DNA of 64,000 nucleotides from Candidatus Zhuqueibacterota bacterium (GTDB lineage Bacteria; BS750m-G25): positions 13,533-77,532 of the forward strand of contig JADHWK010000006.1 in NCBI GenBank assembly GCA_016783505.1, given 5' to 3'. Shown in pieces: positions 20,654-28,765 of this stretch. The position numbers were made by a program, and so were the translations under genes. The notes beneath the pieces are model-generated. The model did no database searches, was not told the DNA's origin, and saw only the letters and a list, made by a program, of their open reading frames with translations. Numbering within the stretch: the stretch's first letter is position 1; each line of letters opens with the position of its first letter.

Positions 20654-22288
20654 TTGACCCTTAACAAACTTTTTCAAACTCTGATAATTTTTATGATGGC
20701 GGAGTCCGTCTGGGCCCAGCTTCCCATCCCGCTGCGGATCGTCAACCGGAACCCTACCGTGGAGGAGGCCTCTTCAGGGGGAAAGCCGGCGGTGCCCGAC
20801 ACTAACTACTTCTTCCCCCATTACAGCGATGACCGCCATCGTTCCTCCTACGACCAACTGGTGGGGCAGGAGTTCTGGGCTGATGTGATGGTGGATACGG
20901 TGATTTCCTCTACCTATAAGGTGGCCTCCTGCAGCGTCAGGGTGGCCTGGAATTTAGCGGTCATTCGCCTTCAGGAGGTTCGGATCGGTGATATGTGGGG
21001 GTTTGGTGTGGATTCTGGCCTCACCTTTCAGGTCAACAGTCAGACCGTTTCCCAGGACAGTTTTCTTTTAGACCCTTTGGTTTCCCAGAACTCCCGGGCG
21101 GTGGAGGTGGAGTTAACCACCCCATCATCTGTAGGGCCGGACGGGGAGTCGTCCCTGTTTAAACTCCGATTTCAGGTAGCGGCCCCCGGTGTATCCCCGA
21201 TTGACATCACCGCTGCTGAAGTAAAAGATCAGTATGGGGTGCCGTTCACACTGTACTATATAACTTCTTCCGGCAGCAATGGCTGGGCCAAGTTCATTCT
21301 GGGCGATTTCGGCGGGGACCATAATGATTGGATTCCGGACTCCGAAGTGGATTACCGGGATCTTGTCCCCTTAGCCGTCAACTTTGGCCGCTCTATCGGG
21401 GATACGGCCCTTACCCTACCGGATGATTCCGTCTTCTGGCGGGGGAGGCTGGACATCGGACCTACCAGCACCGGTGGGGTTGACGGTATTCCCCAGCAAG
21501 ACGGCCGCATTGATTTTGAGGATCTGGTCCTTTTCTCCATCAATTACGGACGTTCCTATCAGGGGACGTTCGACCAGAAAGGCATTCCCCATCCCAACCC
21601 CCAAGTGACCGTGCGCTGGCGAGGCTGGCCGGAGGAGGCCCCGGGGGATTCCTTCACCTGCGACCTGGTGGTCGAAAATATAGCCTCCTTGAAGGCCTTC
21701 CGGGTGGTGCTGGAATATGACTCCCGTGCCTTGGCTTTGGGATCGGTGGATGAGGGGCGTTGGTTGAAGGATGAAAGGAGAGTCTTTTTCCATTCTTCTA
21801 GAAAAACCGAAGGAGGGGTTGGCATTCTTGACCTTTCGGCAGCCTTATTAGAGGGTACCGCCTCCGGGGATGGGGAGCTGGTCCGGTTTTGTTTTCATTC
21901 CCGACCAGGACAAATTTTTAGTCCACCCCGGGTGGTGTTGGACCTCAGGGATGGGATTAATCGAAGGATAAGCTATCGGTGGACATATGGGACCGGGGAA
22001 ACCCTGGCCGGTGAATTTCGTCTCGGGTCCAATTACCCCAATCCGTTCAATGCCAACACTGCAATCCCATTTGTCATTGACCAGGAAGGATCGGTGTCTT
22101 TGTCGGTAGTAAATTCAAAGGGACAGGTCATTTCCCCTTTGTTTAACGGTTTGAGGCAGCCCGGGATATACCAGGTCATCTGGGATGCTACCGACGGGGA
22201 TGGCCTTAAGGTGGCCAGCGGCCCCTATTTTATCCTGCTGGAACAGGGTCCCCGGAGGGCGGTCAGAAGGGTACTGATTTTGAGATGA
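20654..22288 (+). CDS. Secreted cohesin/dockerin-like protein with C-terminal sorting domain
   Basis: Two cohesin-like beta segments; paired EF-hand-like loops (GDF...VDYRDL; DIG...DGRIDFEDL); NYPNPFN CTD. Confidence 0.65.
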   Translation: MTLNKLFQTLIIFMMAESVWAQLPIPLRIVNRNPTVEEASSGGKPAVPDTNYFFPHYSDDRHRSSYDQLVGQEFWADVMVDTVISSTYKVASCSVRVAWNLAVIRLQEVRIGDMWGFGVDSGLTFQVNSQTVSQDSFLLDPLVSQNSRAVEVELTTPSSVGPDGESSLFKLRFQVAAPGVSPIDITAAEVKDQYGVPFTLYYITSSGSNGWAKFILGDFGGDHNDWIPDSEVDYRDLVPLAVNFGRSIGDTALTLPDDSVFWRGRLDIGPTSTGGVDGIPQQDGRIDFEDLVLFSINYGRSYQGTFDQKGIPHPNPQVTVRWRGWPEEAPGDSFTCDLVVENIASLKAFRVVLEYDSRALALGSVDEGRWLKDERRVFFHSSRKTEGGVGILDLSAALLEGTASGDGELVRFCFHSRPGQIFSPPRVVLDLRDGINRRISYRWTYGTGETLAGEFRLGSNYPNPFNANTAIPFVIDQEGSVSLSVVNSKGQVISPLFNGLRQPGIYQVIWDATDGDGLKVASGPYFILLEQGPRRAVRRVLILR

Positions 22289-22447
22289 ACCTAAATCCGG
22301 GAAGTGAACACTGAAAAATACTGAATTGTTGATTGTTAATTGTCAATTGTTAAAACCCAGACTCCAGCATCAATCAGCAATCAGCAATTAGCAATCATTT
22401 CAGTATCATTTCCCAAGATCGTTCCGACAGTGTTTTCCGAATCTGGT
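22288..22447. mobile_element. Heptamer-repeat MITE-like element, copy B
   Basis: AACCTAAATCCGGGAA ... shared core ... TTCCGAATCTGG. Confidence 0.75.
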
Positions 22448-22464
22448 ATGAACAGGCAGCGATT

Positions 22465-23538
22465 ATGAGAAGCAGTTCCTTTCTGTTGATTTTTTTGGTG
22501 GGCTCGACCCTAAGGGCCCAGCCCGTAGGGGTTCGCTTTGACCCATCCCGGTTAACTACCAACGTGGCCGTCGGGGACAGCTTTCGCTTGGCGGTAGTCC
22601 TGAACAGCACGGCTACTTTTGTGCGGGGGACACATCTGAAGATAGAATTCAGTGACACCGTTCTGACCCCCGGAAGGGTTGATCTGGGAACATTATTCAC
22701 CCAGACCAGTGCCGCATACTTCTTTGATTACCACACTGATACCCGGGATTCATCCCTGGTCTTGGATGCGGCGGTATTAGGCTACGGCCGATACTTTAAC
22801 GGTCCCGGGGTCTTATTCTGGATTAGTTTCCATGCATTAGGTGTCGGAGACATTCAGTTAATTATTACTGAACTGAATTTATTTGATGTGGATGGTGATT
22901 CTGTAGAAGCTGAAGGCTTCGCTGGTTATGTAAAAGTGGCCCAGAGCGATGAGTGGCCCCCGGGACCGGTGACCCATTTTACTGCCACTGCCGGGCGGGA
23001 CGGACATATTTTCTTAAGCTGGCATAACCCGGACGATTTTGATTTTCGTGAGACGATGATCCGGCGAAAGGTGGGGGAATTTCCAAACAGCCATACTGAC
23101 GGGGACATCGTTTACGCCGGTCCGGCAGAGGGCTTTCACGATACCAGGCTGCAGCAGGGGATAACCTTTTACTATCAGGCATATAGTTATGACGATGAGA
23201 TTCCGCCCAATTATTCTTCAGGGGTTGGGGACACGGCGACCACTCAGTTCCTGGGAACCTACGCCGCCCCCAATCCCTTTAATCCGGACCGGGAGACGGT
23301 CAAAATTGCCTTTATGTTAGAGGAGGACGCCCGGCTAACCATAGAGATTTTCGATGCTTTCGGACGCCGAGTTATTACCTTGATAGAGGATGAATTCATA
23401 TGGGCCCGGGAACAAAACCAGGTGTTTTGGGATGGAGAGAATCAGAGGGGAGATCAGGTGGCCAACGGCGTGTATATCTATCGGTTAAGAACAAATAGGG
23501 GTTACAAAAGAATAGGGAAAATTGGTGTTGTGCGCTAA
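22465..23538 (+). CDS. Secreted cohesin-like + FN3 + FlgD-Ig protein
   Basis: Signal peptide; PPGPV...LSWHNP.D.DF FN3 motif; PNPFNP...WDGEN...ANGVYIY. Confidence 0.65.
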   Translation: MRSSSFLLIFLVGSTLRAQPVGVRFDPSRLTTNVAVGDSFRLAVVLNSTATFVRGTHLKIEFSDTVLTPGRVDLGTLFTQTSAAYFFDYHTDTRDSSLVLDAAVLGYGRYFNGPGVLFWISFHALGVGDIQLIITELNLFDVDGDSVEAEGFAGYVKVAQSDEWPPGPVTHFTATAGRDGHIFLSWHNPDDFDFRETMIRRKVGEFPNSHTDGDIVYAGPAEGFHDTRLQQGITFYYQAYSYDDEIPPNYSSGVGDTATTQFLGTYAAPNPFNPDRETVKIAFMLEEDARLTIEIFDAFGRRVITLIEDEFIWAREQNQVFWDGENQRGDQVANGVYIYRLRTNRGYKRIGKIGVVR

Positions 23539-24475
23539 ATGGGCAATTCGTAAATTGCCCCTGCGTCTTTTTATCATAGCCTTTGGGGTTGGGGGGTTAC
23601 AACCGGTTTTTGGTGGAGATAAAGGGGACGGAGGCTATGCCGGGGGATTTTTGCGGTTCGGGGTGGGGGCCCGAGCCCTGGGAATGGGTAACGCCTTTGT
23701 TGCCGTGGCCGATGACCCCACCTCCTGCTACTGGAACCCGGCCGGGCTAACTCGGGTGGGGGGAATCGGTTTCACCACCTCCACTATCCTGATGTCCCTG
23801 GGGAGGAGGCTGGATTACATCGGATTGGTTCGACCCATTACCCATCTGCGGGCTATTGGGGTGGGCTTTGTGAACTTTGGCCTAGGGGATATCGAGGGGC
23901 GGGATCAGTATGGACTTCCTACCCAAAAGTTCAGCTTTCGGGAAAGCGCCCTTTTGGTCTCTTATGGATTTATCCTGCGGGAAGGACTGGGGGTTGGTCT
24001 TACCGGGAAGCTCTTAAACAGCAGCTTGGCTAATTATCGAGCCTATGGGGCGGGTGTGGATGTGGGGCTCTTATGGAAACCCATTACCTCGGCGACAGTG
24101 GGTGTGGTGGCCCAGGATGTCTACACCTATCTGAAATGGGACACACCGGCCAGCCATGGGGAGCGGTTTCCTATCCACTTCAAGGTGGCCTTTTCCAACG
24201 CCGTTTTGGACAGCGCCCTTCAATTTTCTATTGCTTATGATAAAAACATAGAACAGGCTCCGGGCCGCCATCTGGGAATAGAATATTGGTTTCAGAAAAC
24301 GATTGGGTTTCGCATAGGTAGGGAGGGAAATGATACCGTCTTTGGCCTGGGAATAATCTACCGTACCTTTCACTTTGATTACGGCTTTCGGCCTGATTCC
24401 ATGGGTGAGGGCGGGGTGCATGCCCTGGATGTTGGATTCCGTTTGCCAGGCCGATTGATAAGGCTTTCGCCTTAG
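23522..24475 (+). CDS. PorV/PorQ-family outer membrane protein (start uncertain)
   Basis: FLRFGVGARALGMGNAFVAVADD...YWNPAGL; follows CTD-bearing genes. Confidence 0.8.
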   Translation: MVLCAKWAIRKLPLRLFIIAFGVGGLQPVFGGDKGDGGYAGGFLRFGVGARALGMGNAFVAVADDPTSCYWNPAGLTRVGGIGFTTSTILMSLGRRLDYIGLVRPITHLRAIGVGFVNFGLGDIEGRDQYGLPTQKFSFRESALLVSYGFILREGLGVGLTGKLLNSSLANYRAYGAGVDVGLLWKPITSATVGVVAQDVYTYLKWDTPASHGERFPIHFKVAFSNAVLDSALQFSIAYDKNIEQAPGRHLGIEYWFQKTIGFRIGREGNDTVFGLGIIYRTFHFDYGFRPDSMGEGGVHALDVGFRLPGRLIRLSP

Positions 24476-24536
24476 AATTTTTCTTGACTATTTCCTTTGA
24501 ATTTATTACATTTCATATTGTAAAAAAGGATGAATC

Positions 24537-24800
24537 ATGGCAAAAGGAATCCGGGGGGGAAAGCGAAGGGTCATAAAAGAGCAGAAACTGCTCGGTTTCG
24601 TGGGACGGGAAAATTATCTCTTTTTTCTGGGGGGTGTTGGGGTCCTAATCTTGGGGTTTATCTTTCTCTCTATTGGACCTTGGGACAGTTTTTGGTCATT
24701 AACGCTGGCCCCCATCCTGTTGATCATCGGTTATATCATTTTGATTCCCCTGTCCATTCTCTACAAAAAAAAGAAGGGGGGAGACAATCCGGGCGGTTAG
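24537..24800 (+). CDS. Small two-TM membrane protein (DUF3098-like)
   Basis: ENY...G..LILGF...SLTLAPILLIIGY; stop codon lies inside tRNA-Val. Confidence 0.65.
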   Translation: MAKGIRGGKRRVIKEQKLLGFVGRENYLFFLGGVGVLILGFIFLSIGPWDSFWSLTLAPILLIIGYIILIPLSILYKKKKGGDNPGG

Positions 24801-24865
24801 CTCAGTTGGTTTAGAGTGTCTGCCTTACAAGCAGAAAGTCGGCAGTTCGAATCTGCCACCGCCCA
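24791..24865 (+). tRNA. tRNA-Val(TAC)
   Basis: GGGCGGT/ACCGCCC acceptor stem; TCTGC-CT-TAC-AA-GCAGA anticodon arm; GGCAG-TTCGAAT-CTGCC T-arm. Confidence 0.95.
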
Positions 24866-24884
24866 CAGAAAGTTAAAATGTTTG

Positions 24885-24913
24885 TTGACAAAGCCGCGAA
24901 TTTTTCGTAAATT
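24885..24913 (+). promoter_or_regulatory. Sigma70-type promoter for pseudo-tRNA-Asp / GIY-YIG / tRNA-Asp
   Basis: TTGACA-17 nt-TAAATT. Confidence 0.6.
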
Positions 24914-24945
24914 TAAATAGGTTATTTACTGAAAGTTTTTTTTAG

Positions 24946-25020
24946 GGGGTCGTAGTTCAGTTGGCTAGAACGCCGGTCTGTCATCCCGATGGTTCGGGAC
25001 GAGTTCGAGTCTCGGTGGAT
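24946..25020 (+). pseudogene. tRNA-Asp pseudo-copy 1 (hairpin replacement, divergent 3' end)
   Basis: 5' half nearly identical to 25261; TCCCGATGGTTCGGGA replaces CGCCGGAGGTCG; acceptor 3' strand lost. Confidence 0.85.
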
Positions 25021-25025
25021 GCCTG

Positions 25026-25283
25026 ATGTTTTATGTGTATTTATTGCAGAGTGAAAAAGATGGTTCTTTCTACATTGGATATACCTCAAATTTAGAACTC
25101 AGAATAAAGGAACACAATAATGGGAAAGGACGTTACACCAACAAGAAAACACCATGGTCATTGGTTTATGTGGAAAGATTTGCGATAAAAAGCGATGCTT
25201 TAAGACGGGAGAGATTTTTAAAAAGGCAGAAAAATAGGGCTTTTTATGAAAAGTTGATACGGGGTCGTAGTTCAGTTGGCTAG
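25026..25283 (+). CDS. Small GIY-YIG nuclease (UPF0213/Slx1-like)
   Basis: FYVYLLQS...FYIGYT..LELRIKEHN.G...YT....PW.LVY.E......AL.RE..LK; last 23 nt lie in tRNA-Asp. Confidence 0.92.
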   Translation: MFYVYLLQSEKDGSFYIGYTSNLELRIKEHNNGKGRYTNKKTPWSLVYVERFAIKSDALRRERFLKRQKNRAFYEKLIRGRSSVG

Positions 25284-25334
25284 AACGCCGGCCTGTCACG
25301 CCGGAGGTCGCGAGTTCGAGTCTCGTCGGCCCCG
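25261..25334 (+). tRNA. tRNA-Asp(GTC), intact
   Basis: GGGGTCG/CGGCCCC acceptor stem; CCGGC-CT-GTC-AC-GCCGG anticodon arm; GCGAG-TTCGAGT-CTCGT T-arm; CCA not encoded. Confidence 0.95.
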
Positions 25335-25338
25335 CCCG

Positions 25339-25391
25339 AAATAGCCTCCTCAAGTTCTTAAGAAAAATAACTTGACCGGAGGCTATTTTTT
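25339..25391 (+). terminator. Intrinsic terminator after tRNA-Asp
   Basis: AAATAGCCTCC-TCAAGTT...AACTTGA-CC-GGAGGCTATTTTTT. Confidence 0.7.
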
Positions 25392-25480
25392 GAGACTTCC
25401 GACAAATACTAGGTTTGGTTTCTGATGTAAAAAATTCTTGATCTGGTTAAACAGTTATTTGCCGAAGGTTTTTTTATTGG

Positions 25481-25556
25481 GGGGTCGTAGTTCAGTTGGC
25501 TAGAACGCCGGTCTGTCATCCCGATGGTTCGGGACGAGTTCGGGTCTCGTCGGCCC
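25481..25556 (+). pseudogene. tRNA-Asp pseudo-copy 2 (hairpin replacement)
   Basis: Same TCCCGATGGTTCGGGA replacement; upstream ~25 nt resemble those of copy 1. Confidence 0.85.
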
Positions 25557-25589
25557 TCCGAATGCCAAAAGGCTTTCCCTCTTCATCCA

Positions 25590-25860
25590 ACCTATCGAAA
25601 AAGTCTACCAAGCTACACACACCACCATCCCCATAGCTACGCCCCGCTTAAACGGATCAACGTAAAACTTCCACGGTCGCATTGAAGATGAACTCTGTAC
25701 CACCGAAACCTTTACCTATGAAAAAGAACTTCTGGATAAAATAATAAGCTATATGCTGTTCTATCACTTCAAACGCCCACACCAAGGCCTCAGCAATAAC
25801 AACGGGCGTCCCTCTACATTATACCTTTACATCAAAACTAAACTACCTAATGCAACACCA
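25590..25860 (+). pseudogene. Integrase-core (IS481/IS3-like DDE) transposase remnant
   Basis: Manual translation HTTIPIATPRLNGST*NFHGRIEDEL...YMLFYHFKRPHQGL with internal stop. Confidence 0.65.
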
Positions 25861-26011
25861 TCCTTGACATTCCTACCGCCAATCATCTTGGATCGGATCC
25901 CAATCAGTCGGGCGCATGACCGATCCACCCAAAACAACTGCTCCAACAAACACGCCCCACTAATAGTGGGGAGGTCTTATCCATTGAGGTCAATATTACT
26001 TAATTTTTTAC

Positions 26012-26061
26012 TTGACTTTCAACAAATTAATTATTATATTTAGGAGTATGTACGTACATAC
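26012..26061 (+). promoter_or_regulatory. Sigma70 promoter with perfect 16-bp palindromic operator at the predicted +1
   Basis: TTGACT(26012)-17 nt-TATATT(26035); GTATGTACGTACATAC at 26046-26061. Confidence 0.7.
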
Positions 26062-26084
26062 ATACTTCTAAAATTGTAACCTCT

Positions 26085-27005
26085 ATGATCAAGATAACTA
26101 AAACAATCAAGATTTCAATACGCCAGGAAGAGTGGATCAAATCTAAAAAGATTAACTTTTCAGAGTGGGTAAGACAGAAATTAGATGCAGAAATTGATCA
26201 ACAACTCAAATTGGGAAATAAAGACAGATTCAAGGCTGTTATATTAGCTGCTGGCAAAGATACTAACCTTTTTCCGCTCACTGAAGATATACCCAAAGCT
26301 CTACTTGATGTCAAGGGAAAAACTATCCTCCAGCGACAGATTGAAATGCTTAGGATGATCGGGATAAATGATATTGCAGTCGTGCGAGGTTACAAAAAGG
26401 ATCAGATAAACTTCCCTAATCTGGAGTACTTTGATAATGATGATTATGAAAATACAGGAATTTTAGTTTCTTTATTTCTTGCCAGGAAATTTATGGATGG
26501 AGATATGGTAGTTTTGTACGGTGACATTCTTTTTGAAATAGGCATACTAAAAAGACTAATAGAAACACGATACAACACTACTCTAGTTGTTGATAGAGGT
26601 TGGAAAAGGCGCTATCAGGTTAGTCATGAAGAGCATCCTTCTGCTCCTGAGTTGACTACCCTATCTGACAAAGAGCGGGAGATTGAAATTAGTTCAGTTG
26701 GCGTCGGTTTACCTGAAACTAATTCAACATCTGAATTTATCGGGTTAGCTAAATTATCAACCAGTGCCTGTTCAGTTCTCAAGGATCTTTATGAAAAAGT
26801 TTATTGTGTAAATAAGGATAAGAAATTTTACCAGACTGAACATATTAGAAATGCATCCTTCGTCGACTTTATTCAAGAATTGATAAATCGGGGAGAAAAA
26901 GTGTCTGCTTTAGAAATTTGGCGGAAATGGATAGATGTAGACACGTTTGAAGACTACAGAAATGCATGGAAACTTTTAGACGAAATAACTGGGAGCGAAA
27001 AATGA
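26085..27005 (+). CDS. LicC/PntC-like cytidylyltransferase with N-terminal putative ribbon-helix-helix domain
   Basis: AVILAAG...PLTEDIPKALL, YGDILF, EFIGL, WIDVDTFEDY; N-terminal KTIKIS...INFSEWVRQKLD. Confidence 0.8.
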   Translation: MIKITKTIKISIRQEEWIKSKKINFSEWVRQKLDAEIDQQLKLGNKDRFKAVILAAGKDTNLFPLTEDIPKALLDVKGKTILQRQIEMLRMIGINDIAVVRGYKKDQINFPNLEYFDNDDYENTGILVSLFLARKFMDGDMVVLYGDILFEIGILKRLIETRYNTTLVVDRGWKRRYQVSHEEHPSAPELTTLSDKEREIEISSVGVGLPETNSTSEFIGLAKLSTSACSVLKDLYEKVYCVNKDKKFYQTEHIRNASFVDFIQELINRGEKVSALEIWRKWIDVDTFEDYRNAWKLLDEITGSEK

Positions 27006-27430
27006 GAATTGTTTATTCATATTATGTGTTAGATATTGTTCATAGAGGGCATTTGTTAATGATGAAAAACGCCAAAGCAATAGCCGGAGTGGATGGTAAG
27101 TTAATAGTGGGAATTCTTACCGATGAGGCAGTTTTGGAAAAAAAGCCAAATAAACCGACACTATCATTTGAGGAAAGAATTGAACTGGCGAGTGCAATAA
27201 AATATGTGGATGTTGCAGTCGCACAAGAAACTTATTCACCATTGCCCAATGTTATGAGAATTAAACCTGATATATTGATGGAAAGTGCAAGTCATGATGA
27301 AGAAGAAATTGAAAAGGCAAGGGAATATATGGCGAGTATTAAAGGCAAAGTTATTGTCATTCCATACTTTCCCTCACAATCATCAACCGAAATAAAAAAC
27401 ATCATAGTTGAAAATAGTAAAAGAGAATAG
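27002..27430 (+). CDS. HxGH-family cytidylyltransferase (TagD-like; resembles the domain fused to PEP mutases)
   Basis: DIVHRGH, VGILTDEAV, FEER, KPD, SSTEIK; ATG at 27002 overlaps upstream stop. Confidence 0.85.
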   Translation: MRIVYSYYVLDIVHRGHLLMMKNAKAIAGVDGKLIVGILTDEAVLEKKPNKPTLSFEERIELASAIKYVDVAVAQETYSPLPNVMRIKPDILMESASHDEEEIEKAREYMASIKGKVIVIPYFPSQSSTEIKNIIVENSKRE

Positions 27431-27463
27431 TACGGGATTACACAATATTAACAGGAGTGGAAA

Positions 27464-28765
27464 ATGGCAAATGAATTAACTGAGTCTGTAAACCTGCAGA
27501 TTAGGCACTGGCAAAAGAAAATGTTCTGGCTGATGTGGATAACCTACGCCTCATTTTATCTGGGGCGCGTAAATATCTCAGTAGCTTTGCCTGGAATAAT
27601 GGACGAGTTTGGCTTAACAAAAACTAATATAGGATGGGTTTTGAGTAGTCTGTTTGCACTGTATGCAATTGGGCAATTTATCAATGGTCAGCTGGGCGAT
27701 AGACTAAATTCTAGGAGAATCATTACAATTGGATTGTTATCATCGGCGGTTTTAAATGTTATTTTTGGGTTCATCGGTGGCATATTAGGTCTTATGGTTG
27801 TTATATGGGGATTGAATGGATATTTCCAATCAATGGGTTGGGGACCTACTGTAAAAGCGATGGCAAATTGGTTTCCCCAAAATATAAGAGGTAAAATTTC
27901 CGGACGTCTGGGTACCTGCTACATTATTGGAGGAGCGCTTTCATGGCTGCTGGCTGGCACGATTATTAGATATTTTAATTGGCGTTTTACCTTCTGGTTA
28001 CCTTCCTTAGTGATGATACTTATTGCTGTTCATTGGTTTATTCGTGCAAGAAACGCGCCTGAAGAAATAGGGTTACCAAGTTTAGAAGAGCAAGAAAAAG
28101 GTATTGAAAACACACAGGTTCGCAAAGATGAGCATATTGGTTTTCGTAAAACATTAAAGATCACTCTTTTAAATCCCTATGTTTGGTTTGCGGCCTTTGG
28201 ATTGTTTGGGTTAAACATTGTGCGTTACGGTTTTATGAGCTGGGCACCGACTTATATGTTTGAAGAGCAAGGTGCAACAATTTCATTAGCAGCTTATAAG
28301 GCAATTGCTTTTCCTATAGCTGGGGGTCTTGGTGCAATATTTGCCGGCTGGGCATCAGATAAGATGTTTAATAACCGAAGGGCGCCGATTGCTTTTATCA
28401 TGCTGATTTTATTAGCTGTATTCTGCTACCTATACAGAATAGTTCCTGGAGAAAACTGGATTGTGAGTTTAATTATATTATTATTGATTGGCTTTTTTAC
28501 TTTTGGTCCTCATATACTGGTGGTAGCTGCATTACCAGCGGACTTAGGTTCACGTAAAGCTGCTTCATCTGTAACCGGTTTCATAGATGCAATGGGATAT
28601 GTGGGAGCAAGCTTAACTGGTGTTGGAACTGGTTATCTTATAGACAAATTTAATTGGGATGCTGCTTTTTACTTCTGGATTTTTGGTGCACTCATGGCTG
28701 CAGCTATGATGATTTTTATTTGGAAATTTGAACTAAAAAGAGGAGAATATGAAAATGAGTATTAG
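27464..28765 (+). CDS. MFS transporter, organophosphate:Pi antiporter family (GlpT/UhpT-like)
   Basis: YASFYLGRVN, NGYFQSMGW, PEEIGLP, NIVRYG...WAPTY, GFIDAMGY. Confidence 0.88.
   Translation: MANELTESVNLQIRHWQKKMFWLMWITYASFYLGRVNISVALPGIMDEFGLTKTNIGWVLSSLFALYAIGQFINGQLGDRLNSRRIITIGLLSSAVLNVIFGFIGGILGLMVVIWGLNGYFQSMGWGPTVKAMANWFPQNIRGKISGRLGTCYIIGGALSWLLAGTIIRYFNWRFTFWLPSLVMILIAVHWFIRARNAPEEIGLPSLEEQEKGIENTQVRKDEHIGFRKTLKITLLNPYVWFAAFGLFGLNIVRYGFMSWAPTYMFEEQGATISLAAYKAIAFPIAGGLGAIFAGWASDKMFNNRRAPIAFIMLILLAVFCYLYRIVPGENWIVSLIILLLIGFFTFGPHILVVAALPADLGSRKAASSVTGFIDAMGYVGASLTGVGTGYLIDKFNWDAAFYFWIFGALMAAAMMIFIWKFELKRGEYENEY

Noticed and set aside
24946-25556. Modified tRNA-Asp copies as intron-containing or long-variable-arm functional tRNAs
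   Set aside because: The hairpin replaces the 3' strand of the anticodon stem, so removing it cannot restore the cloverleaf.
25753-26043. 96-aa ORF as a real gene
   Set aside because: It is the tail of a transposase remnant reading through repeats and a promoter.
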